This document shows, in pieces, positions 24,947 to 35,407 of a stretch of DNA of 64,000 nt. A program made the position numbers and the translations under genes. The stretch lies in NCBI GenBank assembly GCA_905178155.1, contig CAJINV010000004.1, forward strand, positions 8,640,882 through 8,704,881, written 5' to 3'. Within the stretch, counting starts at the first letter, position 1. Each line of letters begins with the position of its first letter. Source of the DNA: Amoebophrya sp. A120 (taxonomy: Eukaryota; Protista; Dinoflagellata). The notes under the pieces are model-generated. The model saw nothing but the letters and a program-made list of their open reading frames with translations. It had not been told where the DNA came from and did no database searches.

Positions 24947-26973
24947 TCATAATTTCAGCTTTGTCGATTTCAGATCTGGAGCTTCCATATTCGGCTCGCC
25001 GTACTTCTCCACAACTTCGTCGCGCTTCTGTTGCCGCTGCTGTTGCAAATGTTCGTCTTGCGCAACTCTGGTCCAGAGCATGCATCGCAACCACTTATGT
25101 TGTCTGGGTCTGGAAGAATTGTTCCAGCTTCTCATTCTAAATCCCGAGCAGAAAAAAATCTGCATTTCATCAGTGCCAAAGCCCAAGGCCGTGGCTACCT
25201 ACTTTTTCCTAGACAAGTAGCGAGCAAACTTCTCATGTGGAGTAAGTAAGGATTAGTAAGCGTTCGCAAAATCTTTGCTGCTGCGTGTGCATTCCTGCCC
25301 ATCTATCTGCTCAAGAAGATCATGCATGCACAAACAAGGGCACTCTTCCTGGCCCAGACCATAGGTAGTTTGCATTTGATACAGAGCTTGACTGCGTTCT
25401 TCAAAACGGCGATGTCCCGCGGAAAGGCCTTCCCGCGCTTCTTTCCGTCCCTGGTCAACTCTGGGTCAGCGTTAAGAAGTCTTCTTGAAGTCGTGTGCGT
25501 ACCCCCTGAAACCATTCCGAACTGCGCGAGGTCGTGGAGCGGTAAATGCCCACCTATCAGTTGATTGAGTAAGCCTTCTTCAAGAATGTCCTGAGCCTTT
25601 GGCGCAGGACTGGGTTTGCATTCGCCTAACACGTCCCCGAGAAGGGGGATGACCACGTCCCGCTTAAACACGTAGTCGGTCCAGACCGTTCTCTGCAACG
25701 TTCTCCACCAGGAAGACACAGAAAACCAAGACGCGTTGCTCTCCTCCTTCCGCAGCGCTTCCTGTTTCTTCTGCTCGATAAGGTCGTGACAGCCGTGAAG
25801 TATCAGCTGCAAAAGTGTCTGGGTCTGGAAGATTGCAACTTGTCATGCTATTTTTGCTTGTATTGCATGACCAGCAAGAGGGGTCCAGTTTGTGATTGTG
25901 CTACGCGGACAGAGGATTTCTCAAGCGAGAGGGGCATCAGGAAGCACTCTAAAAGTCCGTGATGCTCGATCATGCATTACAGGCATCATGGGTCATGAGA
26001 AATATGCATGAAAAATCTTGCATTCTTCCAGACCTAGACATATTTACCGTTCATATGAAGAGCTTGTTCGCCAGATGGGGCCCCCGCGGCGCTTTCGCCA
26101 GTAATCCTCGTCGCGGCGCCTTCGTCAGTAGTCCGCGCGGTGCTTTCGCGAGTAGCCGAACGCAACGCTTGACTCAGTGCTGTCACGAATTCGCCCACGT
26201 TGGTGTGCCGGCTGCTCGGCGTCGAAGACGGCCCGGTGTTCTCTACAACCCACGGGACCAACTCTTTCATGCATTGCAATTTGGAAGTGTCGCCCTCCGG
26301 GTCGGAAAGGTTCGGGTTGTTGAGATAAGGTCGCCGCGCGTTGCAGGCCTCCCGAACGCCATCCTTTCGGAAAGCCTCCCAGTAAGCATTCAGGACGGGG
26401 TTGACACGAAACGGAGACCACTTTTTTTCGTTCTGCTGGTTTATCTCAGTCTGCACTTGTTCTTCGTCCTGGCGGAACTGTTCATGAACCGCGGGCGGCC
26501 CCCCTTCGGCATTGTTGCTTGCAGCAGCGATATGCATTGCAAATATGTGTTTGGGTCTGGAGTAGTGAGACTCGTAACGCTGCTTTTATTGGATCCTAAA
26601 AAAATCTGTATTGCTGGAGCAGCAACAGGACTCCAGTTTTTGCTGCGCAGAGAGGGTATCAATTTCTCATGCACAGTAGCCGTCAAAAATTCTGTGATGC
26701 TAAGACATGCATCTTGTTCATGGTTGGGCCAATCATACAAAACACGCATGAAAAGCGTATACACTTTTCCAGACCCAGACATAGTTGCATTTGATACGCA
26801 TTGCTCCCGGGAACCGCCGGGGCCAAAACCGCACCCGGTGCGGCGCTCGTCGCTTCCTCGAGAAACAAGTTTGCCGCCGCGCTCCCCCCGCTGCTTGCGG
26901 GAACGGAATTCTCTTCGTCCAGGACGGGAGGGAAAACTTCGTTGTCCACTATGCCAGCGAACAAACTCTTCAA
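24947..26973 (-). CDS. Hypothetical protein, 3 introners, 5' end unresolved
   Basis: Four ORFs join in frame across 25079, 25801 and 26531. Confidence 0.6.
25079..25381. mobile_element. Introner family A, decayed (left end CAT)
   Basis: TSD CAGAG, in-frame removal. Confidence 0.8.
25801..26055. mobile_element. Introner family A
   Basis: TSD TGAAG, in-frame removal. Confidence 0.9.
26531..26796. mobile_element. Introner family A with decayed TSD
   Basis: TIRs intact; flanks AGCGA/CGCAT; removing element + 5 nt is in frame. Confidence 0.8.
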
Positions 26974-27539
26974 GCCTGTTCTTTATCTTTCCTCACCCAT
27001 AGAAGTATTTAATACCACGAGCCTCGACATCAAAAGGCGGCCCTCTGTTAAGAACTTCATGTAAGCTTTTCTGCTGCGGAACGTGAGTACCAGCAGTAGA
27101 CCCCGAGCTGCTAACATCATAGAGGACCTTCACCCCGAGCAGGTGTCAATATGCTCGTTATAGAAGCCGCCTGGCCGACAGTTCGTACTATTGCATCTCT
27201 TTTTTGTCTTTTGTTTTTTGCATGATTCAGCATATCGATACATAGCGCGTTACTTACTTACACTTCTCGTGGGTGCAGGCTGATGGGAAACAAGGCTATA
27301 TGATTTATTTCCCCAGAGGTTAATTTTCGTCGACTGCGTAATCGTAGTTTCGTCGCTATGCATTGCAAGTTTGATGTCCGGGTTGGAAAGTAGAAGCCGA
27401 TAATTTCTTATGCCTGGTTGGGACCATACTGAATTGATCTACACTCCAGCGAGAACACGAAGGCTTCATTTCTTGTTCAAGTTCAGTTTAAAAGGTAATT
27501 ATATTTAGTTTGTTTGTGTGGTCCGCCAGATGGGCTGTA

Positions 27540-28235
27540 CTATGACAACCAGCCCGCCTCTACTTCCCGGACCTCCGGAGATATTTCTTCACATGCATAC
27601 TCGCCGTTCGCATCTACACTCACCGCAAACTGCTCACCGCCACGACCCGCGTCCCGCTCGTGCTGCGAAGGCTCCAGAAAGTGCCTCGCCACCCCGGAGA
27701 CAAAGAAGAACCCGATGGGCCCCCCGAAAATCAGGTACGCGCAGAGCGCGCCGGCCACTTTTCTCGCGGTCGACTTCCGCCACGGGCTCTGCTTCGCGGG
27801 GTGCTTGCAGGTGAAGGTCACAAACTTGCTGCAATAACAGCGAACGCGACCACCGACACGACGGCACAGGAGGACGAGACTCGCCGAAACCCGACGGGAC
27901 AAGCCCGCCATCTCCGCGAAAACGCGGGCCAGAAGGTCGTGGACGCCCAACAGCACCATGCACACCGCAGAAACGGCCCAAAGAAGAGAGGCGGCACCAA
28001 CGGCACATTGGATGCAGGTCACGGCCGCTTCACTGCAGCTGGCGACGAGCCGGCAGAGGCGTTCCCATGCGGTGCACGCGACGCGTCCGGTCAGTAGGTA
28101 CAGCGAACCGGCTCCACAGGATGGTGGACCGGCGTCCTTCGCAAGCAGGCATCCCGATAGCTGCGCGCAGCGCAGCACGTCGGACATACGCGCCCAGAGG
28201 CCTTCACCAATAATCGTCGCGCCCCCTTGCTGCAT
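27540..28235 (-). CDS. Hypothetical membrane protein
   Basis: 231-aa ORF with two hydrophobic segments; no recognisable domain. Confidence 0.35.
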   Translation of the reverse strand: MQQGGATIIGEGLWARMSDVLRCAQLSGCLLAKDAGPPSCGAGSLYLLTGRVACTAWERLCRLVASCSEAAVTCIQCAVGAASLLWAVSAVCMVLLGVHDLLARVFAEMAGLSRRVSASLVLLCRRVGGRVRCYCSKFVTFTCKHPAKQSPWRKSTARKVAGALCAYLIFGGPIGFFFVSGVARHFLEPSQHERDAGRGGEQFAVSVDANGEYACEEISPEVREVEAGWLS

Positions 28236-29170
28236 TGCTTGTTCTTTTTGCTGTGGCGTTTAGTATACACCTGTGCAAAGACAAGAGCTGTGCAAAGACA
28301 AGATCAGGCTTTTCCCTTACTTTAGAAGAGCCCCTAGACTTCAAAAAAACAGAAGCCGCTTTTGCGTCACGCAGGAAAGAAGCACTCCGAAAGACAAAAA
28401 CGATGTAACGCTGAAGACAAACAAGTAAACGGAGCAATCGAGCAGGAAAAAAAAAATGCTTCACAGAAGTGTCGCAACGGCTAATAGAGGAAAAGAAAAG
28501 TATCATAAAACAAAGACTAGACGTAACAAAGGTGGGACAAAACAATTACAACAACAAGGGGGAGGTTCCTCTGCGAAGAAATAAATAAGTAAGTATGTCT
28601 ACAATTATCGCAATTTTCACAAACACGCACGAAGCGTTGACATCTGTTTCTGTGGTTGGATAATCAACGAAGCCGGTATAATGCTGTTTGTGTCACGAAG
28701 TAGATGCTGTGGCACGAAAGTCGTCCGGTAAATTTCGAACGGGCAACGATGCTACTGTGCCTGGTACGTGAAGAACTTAGAGTTCTCTACTGCCAATCTT
28801 CACAACTAAGTCTCATCTACATCTACTTTGCGTTCGCTATAGCACGAATCCGACGAGGGCGAAACGAAGATATAAATAGAACGTGACCGAAAAAGTGAAG
28901 AAGACGAGCTACGCTGCATGTTGACCGAATCTCGCGGCCACAGCGCATGTCTATCCAATCGGACGAAAAGGAAATAAACCGAAATAGACCAGTACAGGAA
29001 TTCCTCATACTAATACCCGAGGCCTTGCACCTAGTACTTTATTTACGTTTAAGATTGCCTACGCAGCTACCGAGCTGCCAATGTGTACGAAATACAAATA
29101 AAACAGGAGAAAACCGAGAAAAAGAAGTCACAGCGATGTCGTGGTTGGTCCAGGTTGACCTAGCAATTTC

Positions 29171-29590
29171 TTTCACGAGAACGGGGAGTAGCCTCGAAAA
29201 GGAGGAGCAAGTTCTCCTTCCTCATCGTTGTACAACTCTGCGGCTGTCCTACTTGTTCGGGAGCTTTCCGTCGTGTGAGAAGCGAGCTCGAAGATCTTGG
29301 ACGAAGCACTACAGGGGCCGCGACATATTTTATTCATTCAATTCGCTCCACCAATTCTTGCAGCTCTTTTTGAATGCGTACTTCCCTCACGCCCACCTTC
29401 GCAAAACTGTGCTCTTGGTGCTTCAACAGTCTCGGCGCGGCCATGAGGGCGACTTTATGGCGAATGAACCGAATTCTTGAACCAGGAACGAGGTTTTATT
29501 TGGGACGAAACATCGAAGAAAGACCCTGAAGAAAAGCTGCGTTGCTAGAATGGTGGGTCCAAAAGGGAAAGCGAACAAGTGGAACACGAC
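29171..29590. repeat. Dispersed ~410-bp non-coding repeat, copy 2
   Basis: Colinear with 20111-20520. Confidence 0.8.
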
Positions 29591-29770
29591 GTAGTTTCTT
29601 TTCAATGTCAGTACCTCAACCGCCGAACGGGAGTGTGTCGTGTGTCGACGTGCTTAAAACTGCAGTGAAAATCAAACTACTTCTTATCTAAACTCGTCCC
29701 CATGAACTTGCAATCATCGCATGCGTGCTTCTTGTCTTTGCAATACCAATCCAGCGGACAGAAACCGGCG

Positions 29771-31762
29771 TCAGGAGGCGAAGTAACTTTCCGGTACCGG
29801 CACCACATGGCCGTCCCGGATTTCGATTTCGATCACTTTTTCCAGCGGCAACTCATGAATTTTGAAGGAGCCACGCCTTTTGCCGTTCGCGAGAAGATCT
29901 TGTTCGGCCGCGGTGGTGCTTGATGTTCTTCCCTTGGCAGAGAACTCAAAATCCAAGGAAACGTCGGGGTTGCAGTCCTTTCCGAGCTATCAAATGCAAA
30001 AGTGTCTGCGTCTGGAAGAATGCGCGATTTGTCATGCAGCTTTTCCATGACCCATGAGGTCTGGAGTGCAGAACCTAGCATGACAGATTCTGCGCGATCT
30101 CTCTCATGCCTATTCTGCAGGAGAAACTCCCTCCCGACTTGGTCAAAACTGGACGACTTTTGGCAATCACGCAACACAGATTTTTGCATGCATCAGATTT
30201 AGCATGACAAGTTGCATTCTTCCAGACCCAGACATTTTTACATTTGATACGAGCGCGTCGCAGTTCCAGTTGGTTGTTTTTTTTGGTAGTTCCCACTGGT
30301 CGACCAAAAACTCTTTGGTGAATTTGTTTTCCCCGACCGCAAATTCCACGTGCTCCCAGCCGGAGGGGTACTGTTTCACCGGTTGTACAGGTTGAAGAAG
30401 ATCTTGTTCACAACTACTGTTGTTCCCTTTCAACATCGTCTTCCCGAACAGCTTAGTCCCATTTTTTCCCCCCCCGGCGCGCTTCTATTATGAGGAAAGA
30501 TCCCCCCTTCCCATATCAAAAAGGTACGTCGCAGAAAATTTGCAATGCTGATTTGCGACCACAAATCATCTCTGTCTTGCAGGAACGCAACTCCACAGGC
30601 TCCGCTGCATTCTGCAGGTGATTTGTAATGCTGTTGGGCCTACAGAGCAGCCGTTCCTCATGCTACGAGCGTTGGGCAAAACCTCTCTGCTCAGGCTTAG
30701 TATGGGGCTGCACTCCTCTCTAGCAAGACAAATCTGATTTGTGTACGCAAATCCAGCATCACAAACTTCGTTTTCATATGGGGTGGGAGGATTTTTCATT
30801 TTGATAGCTTCGGACAGGGAATCTCGAGAACCGAGCAGGGGAGAGAGACTTCTAAGCGGCCAGAGCAGGAAGACCTTTCGACGGCAATTACATTGAACAC
30901 GAGCGGCTCTCGCAGCTTCCACGTGGCGATGGGACGCCCACCGATCATGGACTCCAGCAGCAGGTCATGTGCCTCGAAACTATTATGTCTGGCTCTGGAA
31001 GGATATTACAAAATTGTACATGCTGATTCATTTTGGAAAGACGCATTAAATCTGTCTTGCATAGGTACTAGCAAATCCAACATCGGAAGCCTCTGCAGCG
31101 CTTGCTCTGCTCTGTTCTGGGAGATACAGATCCGCAAGCAGCCCGAAAAAAAAACAACCAACGCTACTTCCGGACCCAGACATCACATCTGCAATGCGTA
31201 GGTGAGCGTGGTTTGCGAACTGTGCTCGTAGAACAGCGTTTATCTTTCTGTACTCCTCCTCCGAAGCGCAGCGCCAGCAGATATGGTCCATCTCCCAGAG
31301 TGGACCCGAATTGGTCCTGGTGCCGTCGATGCCTGTAGGGGTACTAGTAGTATCAACCCTTGCACCTACTGCACCGTGCAGGGCATCCTGTCGTCCTCCA
31401 TCTCCCTCCTCCACTCGTGGCACGTGTGGTCGCGCTCCCACGAACGGCAGCAGCATCGACCCATACTGGCTGAAAATGGCGCCCACTAGGTCGGTCGCCA
31501 GAATGCCATTTGTGTTGTTGAACGGACCTCCACCCTGCGCAAAATTGGTGTCCAGCAGTGCGTGGGAGTTCACGGTGCACTCCACGAGGTGGGTCCTCGC
31601 CGACGTCTGCGTATCTTCAAAGCGAGTTGTTTCGGCCTTCGCATCTTCACTTTTGATAGCGTGGTCGTGCTCGTCCTCACCTCCGGCAGCAACGAGCGCT
31701 GGGGCTGGACTTCTTCCGGGGGCAGAAATAAAACTGTGCAGCAGGTCCTGGTCGACAGGCAT
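29771..31762 (-). CDS. YecM-family (VOC-fold) protein, 3 introners
   Basis: Spliced protein: MDHICWRC...LLLESMIGGRPIATWKLREPL...VLEIPCPK...YPSGWEHVEFAV...NPDVSL...FKIHELPLEKVIE, the YecM motif series in order. Confidence 0.85.
29988..30249. mobile_element. Introner family A (262 bp)
   Basis: TSD CGAGC; very similar to 48079-48340. Confidence 0.93.
30486..30806. mobile_element. Introner family C
   Basis: TSD GCTTC, in-frame removal. Confidence 0.9.
30968..31200. mobile_element. Introner family A, decayed
   Basis: TSD GGTCA/GGTGA; removal restores the YecM motif. Confidence 0.8.
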
Positions 31763-32676
31763 GATCTTGTATTAGCGTAAGTAGCTCCTTCTTGTGCGAA
31801 AAAGAAGAGGTTGGGCGAGAAAATGTTTTGAACAATTCGACTTACTACAACAACTTCATATTCTTATTGCAGCACACAATAGACTGCTGCTTTGCACCAG
31901 TACGGATAACATCAACCTATCGCTGCGAAGACATGAAGCTCCTGATGTGGAGGGCTTGCGTTCATGCACTGCGCTCACCTGTTGTCATGTAGTAGACGTA
32001 GGAGGCACGTCGATTTTGCATCATGATCCTCGATCCAGTATAATCACTCCCGTCGTCGCGGTACCAACCCTTCGATCGCAGGAGCAGAGCACCTCCTGCC
32101 CAGAAGCAAGACTCCAACAAAAATACTTCAAGCACCTCTTGCCCAAAAGCAGACTCCAAGTACTTCAATGAATTGCGCATCGCGCGCTACAAACGTAAGT
32201 ACCCCCAACTTTCCTGAGACCGTTGGCCTCCTCGAGGCTGAAAACAACATTCTTCGTTGCTCGTCACCCGGCTCACAAACCTCACATAGTAATGGCGAAC
32301 AAACAATCCCCGGTGTGAAAAACGAATTCTGTTATTTGTTTATGTTCCACAAAAAACTTGTCTTCAGACAGTAGTTCGATATTCTGAATGTCGCAGGTGG
32401 AAGCTACTGGCTCGCTAAGAGGAGCTTTCGTTCATTTTTTGAGGCCGTGCTTCTAGTAGAGATTGTATCAGAGCTGTTCGTCGTATCCACATTGCCTTTA
32501 CAGCCTTCTTCGCGGTCCTCGTCGGCATCGTCAAAATAGGCCAAAAAATACAGAAACGGTACTATGGTGTTCATTCTATTTCGATTACCACATCGTTCTT
32601 GCGGCAAAAATTAAAATGTAATAAAAATCTCTTTAGGTTTGGTCGTACGTCTCGATGTGCTGGTACTTTAGGGGTG

Positions 32677-34993
32677 GAAGTGAAGGAACAGAACTACGTT
32701 CTCGAAATAAAGTTTACCAGTGGACTACGGGCGCTCCCCGGTCCCCCTCCAGGGATCCGGACTCCCCTTGGGACACACGGAAAAACCGAAGGCAGCTGAG
32801 GTGCACGCGCTCAGCTGTCAGACAAACCGATGATACCCCTTCACTGGCAGGAAGTCCCTCAAGGTATCACAACACTTCCGGGGGGAAGCGGCAAACCGAA
32901 AGGCCGGATGGAAGAACGAGACAACGAACGGACGAACGGGAAAAGAAGAAAATCCTAGAAATTTCGCACCTTTTAGTAGTAGTCACAAGCTATGCCCTCC
33001 GGGCTACGTCAGGCCATCAAGAATGTGTCCGCACTACATGAAGCTAAAAAAAGAAAGCGAGTACAAACCGACAGATGGAATCGACAAGCAACATGAATAT
33101 ACAGAATTTAGAGGAATGCGTGAAAAAAGAAAATAAAGATGAAGAAATGAGAAGCGCAGTGAAGTTCTGGAAAAGATGAAAAAAAGTCGACGCGTAGGCA
33201 AGATAAATAGTTAGGTCGCAGAGCAAAGGAATAAACACTACCTGAGAGCATATCCTTAGCTTGAAACACAGAGCAAAATGGTAAATAGCTACGCATAAGC
33301 CTCGGACCTATAAAAAGTTACAACGTCGAGACTTCTGCACCACCCAGCATGGTGTCGCTCGTCTTCAGCGTGTGGTGGGAGCCAGCTTGCGACGCGGTAT
33401 GAAGACTGAAATCCAGGCAGAACCAGTGGGGCCTTTGGCTTCTTTCCAGCCATGGTGTCCAGAAACCAAAGGCCGCTTGGTTCTCCCTGACAACGAACAG
33501 CGCCCGATCTAGATAGCCCCGCGCGACTCGCCGAGAAGACACCCGAGGAGCCCCCGTGGACGGCTCGCTGCGACGCCCGAACGAAGTGCCTAGCTAATAC
33601 CCTACAAACATTGAAGCAATGGGGTTTCGAGGTGCAAACAGGACGACCGACGACACAACAGCCCGCCTTACCTACATACGTACCGACGAGAACTACATGC
33701 TGGCCAGGCAACTTAGAATGGGAAAGCTGGGATAACTTACCAACCCGGAACAAGAAAAGATAACAACTGACCACCGCAAGAGGCACCCTGCTGGAAAATA
33801 GTAAAAGCCGCCCGCGGGCAAGGACTTACCTACCAAAATACATCGCCATGCAAAATCAAAACCGCTAAGATAACACCGAAATACTCTAAAAGCTATGCCC
33901 ATTTCCCAACTCAACTGCAATACTCCCGTCATACAAAAAGCAGCGAGCAAGGGCAGCAGCCGCAACTGCCAATAAAATGAAAACTAAGGCAGGAAGGCGT
34001 CTAAGCAAACCAACGACCAGAAATATCAAATTTCATGAAACAAAGTCTATCTAATAGCATAGACTTTGTTTCGTGCAAGATGATGCTTTACACTCCATTG
34101 TGTAGCAAGAGGAGCATGCACAGGCACAGCCAAGCCTCATAGGGACAAAAAGATGCAGACATGCAAAAGCATACAAAAGGAACAAGCAAATACAAAAAGA
34201 GCATGACAAAGGACGATGGTATGGAATGCGTCGTGGTTTGATAGAAAGAAGGTCTGCCAATAAAAATAAAAGCGCTGAAGGATGAAAGAGCCCGGGCGCG
34301 GCAGCAAAGATAAATGCGAATCGGAATGCTGAGTGCGATGTAAATCTAAAATAAAAAAAAAAACCAACTTAAAGGCAAGCACTGGGGAAAGTGAGATGAA
34401 GTGCGAGCGCAGCAAATCATAGAAAAACAGCTTAAAGCTAAGGGGGGAGTCATCAGCAAGCAGACAGAACACGACTAGACTGACTACCACGACGGCACAA
34501 TGCACCACCGAAACCGAATACCTCGAACTGAGCGATGACACGAAGAAACCATGAAACACGACAAACATAAACACCACATAGGGGGGGCTTCTAATCAGCA
34601 GGAAAAGTGCTAGAGACTGCCCGCACATCAGGGACAAGAGCAGTACATCTTTTCCCGCCGAATTTGTAAGCAGGCGTGCAATATTCTAAACACAATGAAC
34701 CAGAACTGTACCTGGGAAGCCAAGGTAACCAAACAGCGAGCACGCAGCTCCCTAAGCACCGCCTAAGGTTCCCCTGGGATGCAGGGTCCCCTATGACCTA
34801 CACGTCGCGTTCCGGCTTATTCACCCGCTTCTGGAACGGACTATCTGAGGGAATCATGGCCTTGGGAGCACCTCAGACAATCGCAGAGGGGGAAAAGCCC
34901 GGCGGGAGGGCTCTCTGCTGGACCTTTTTAAACCTGGCGTCGCCCCCAGGGGAAGAAGTGAAGGAACAGAACTACGTTCTCGAAGTAAAGTTT
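32677..34993. mobile_element. Putative 2.2-kb insertion bounded by 39-bp direct repeats
   Basis: GAAGTGAAGGAACAGAACTACGTTCTCGAARTAAAGTTT at 32677-32715 and 34955-34993; no recognisable gene and no introner inside. Confidence 0.5.
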
Positions 34994-35407
34994 CATTTTG
35001 TTTGCCAAAACTCGTCGATACTAAACCACTGTTTGTATCAAATGCTCCTACTTCTTCTACGCTTCTTTTATTCCGCATTTGCCTTTTCATCTTCTGCCTT
35101 GGCAAATTATGATTTCGGCGGTCGCTAATATTTCCCGTGCGTTTTTCTTCGCTGACAGACGCATTAATATAGCCACTTGGTGGCCATGAGGAACTACCTG
35201 GATTCATGTTCGCACCAAATTTTTCTCAACGCGGCCGTCGTAAGTAGAGCACCATCAACAAATCATCACGATCCACATTTTTCAAACGATAGTGCAACAA
35301 GCAGTGCCTACGCTAGATCATCATGCTGAACCTAGGTTCCTTCCACACAATAATCCACGCGAAAAAACCACTTAAAGCTTCACAAATACCGTTGTGCCGC
35401 GGCAGTG

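Noticed and set aside
24480-24950. GC-rich, CTAG-rich block that might be an element
   Set aside because: No termini, TSD or second copy found
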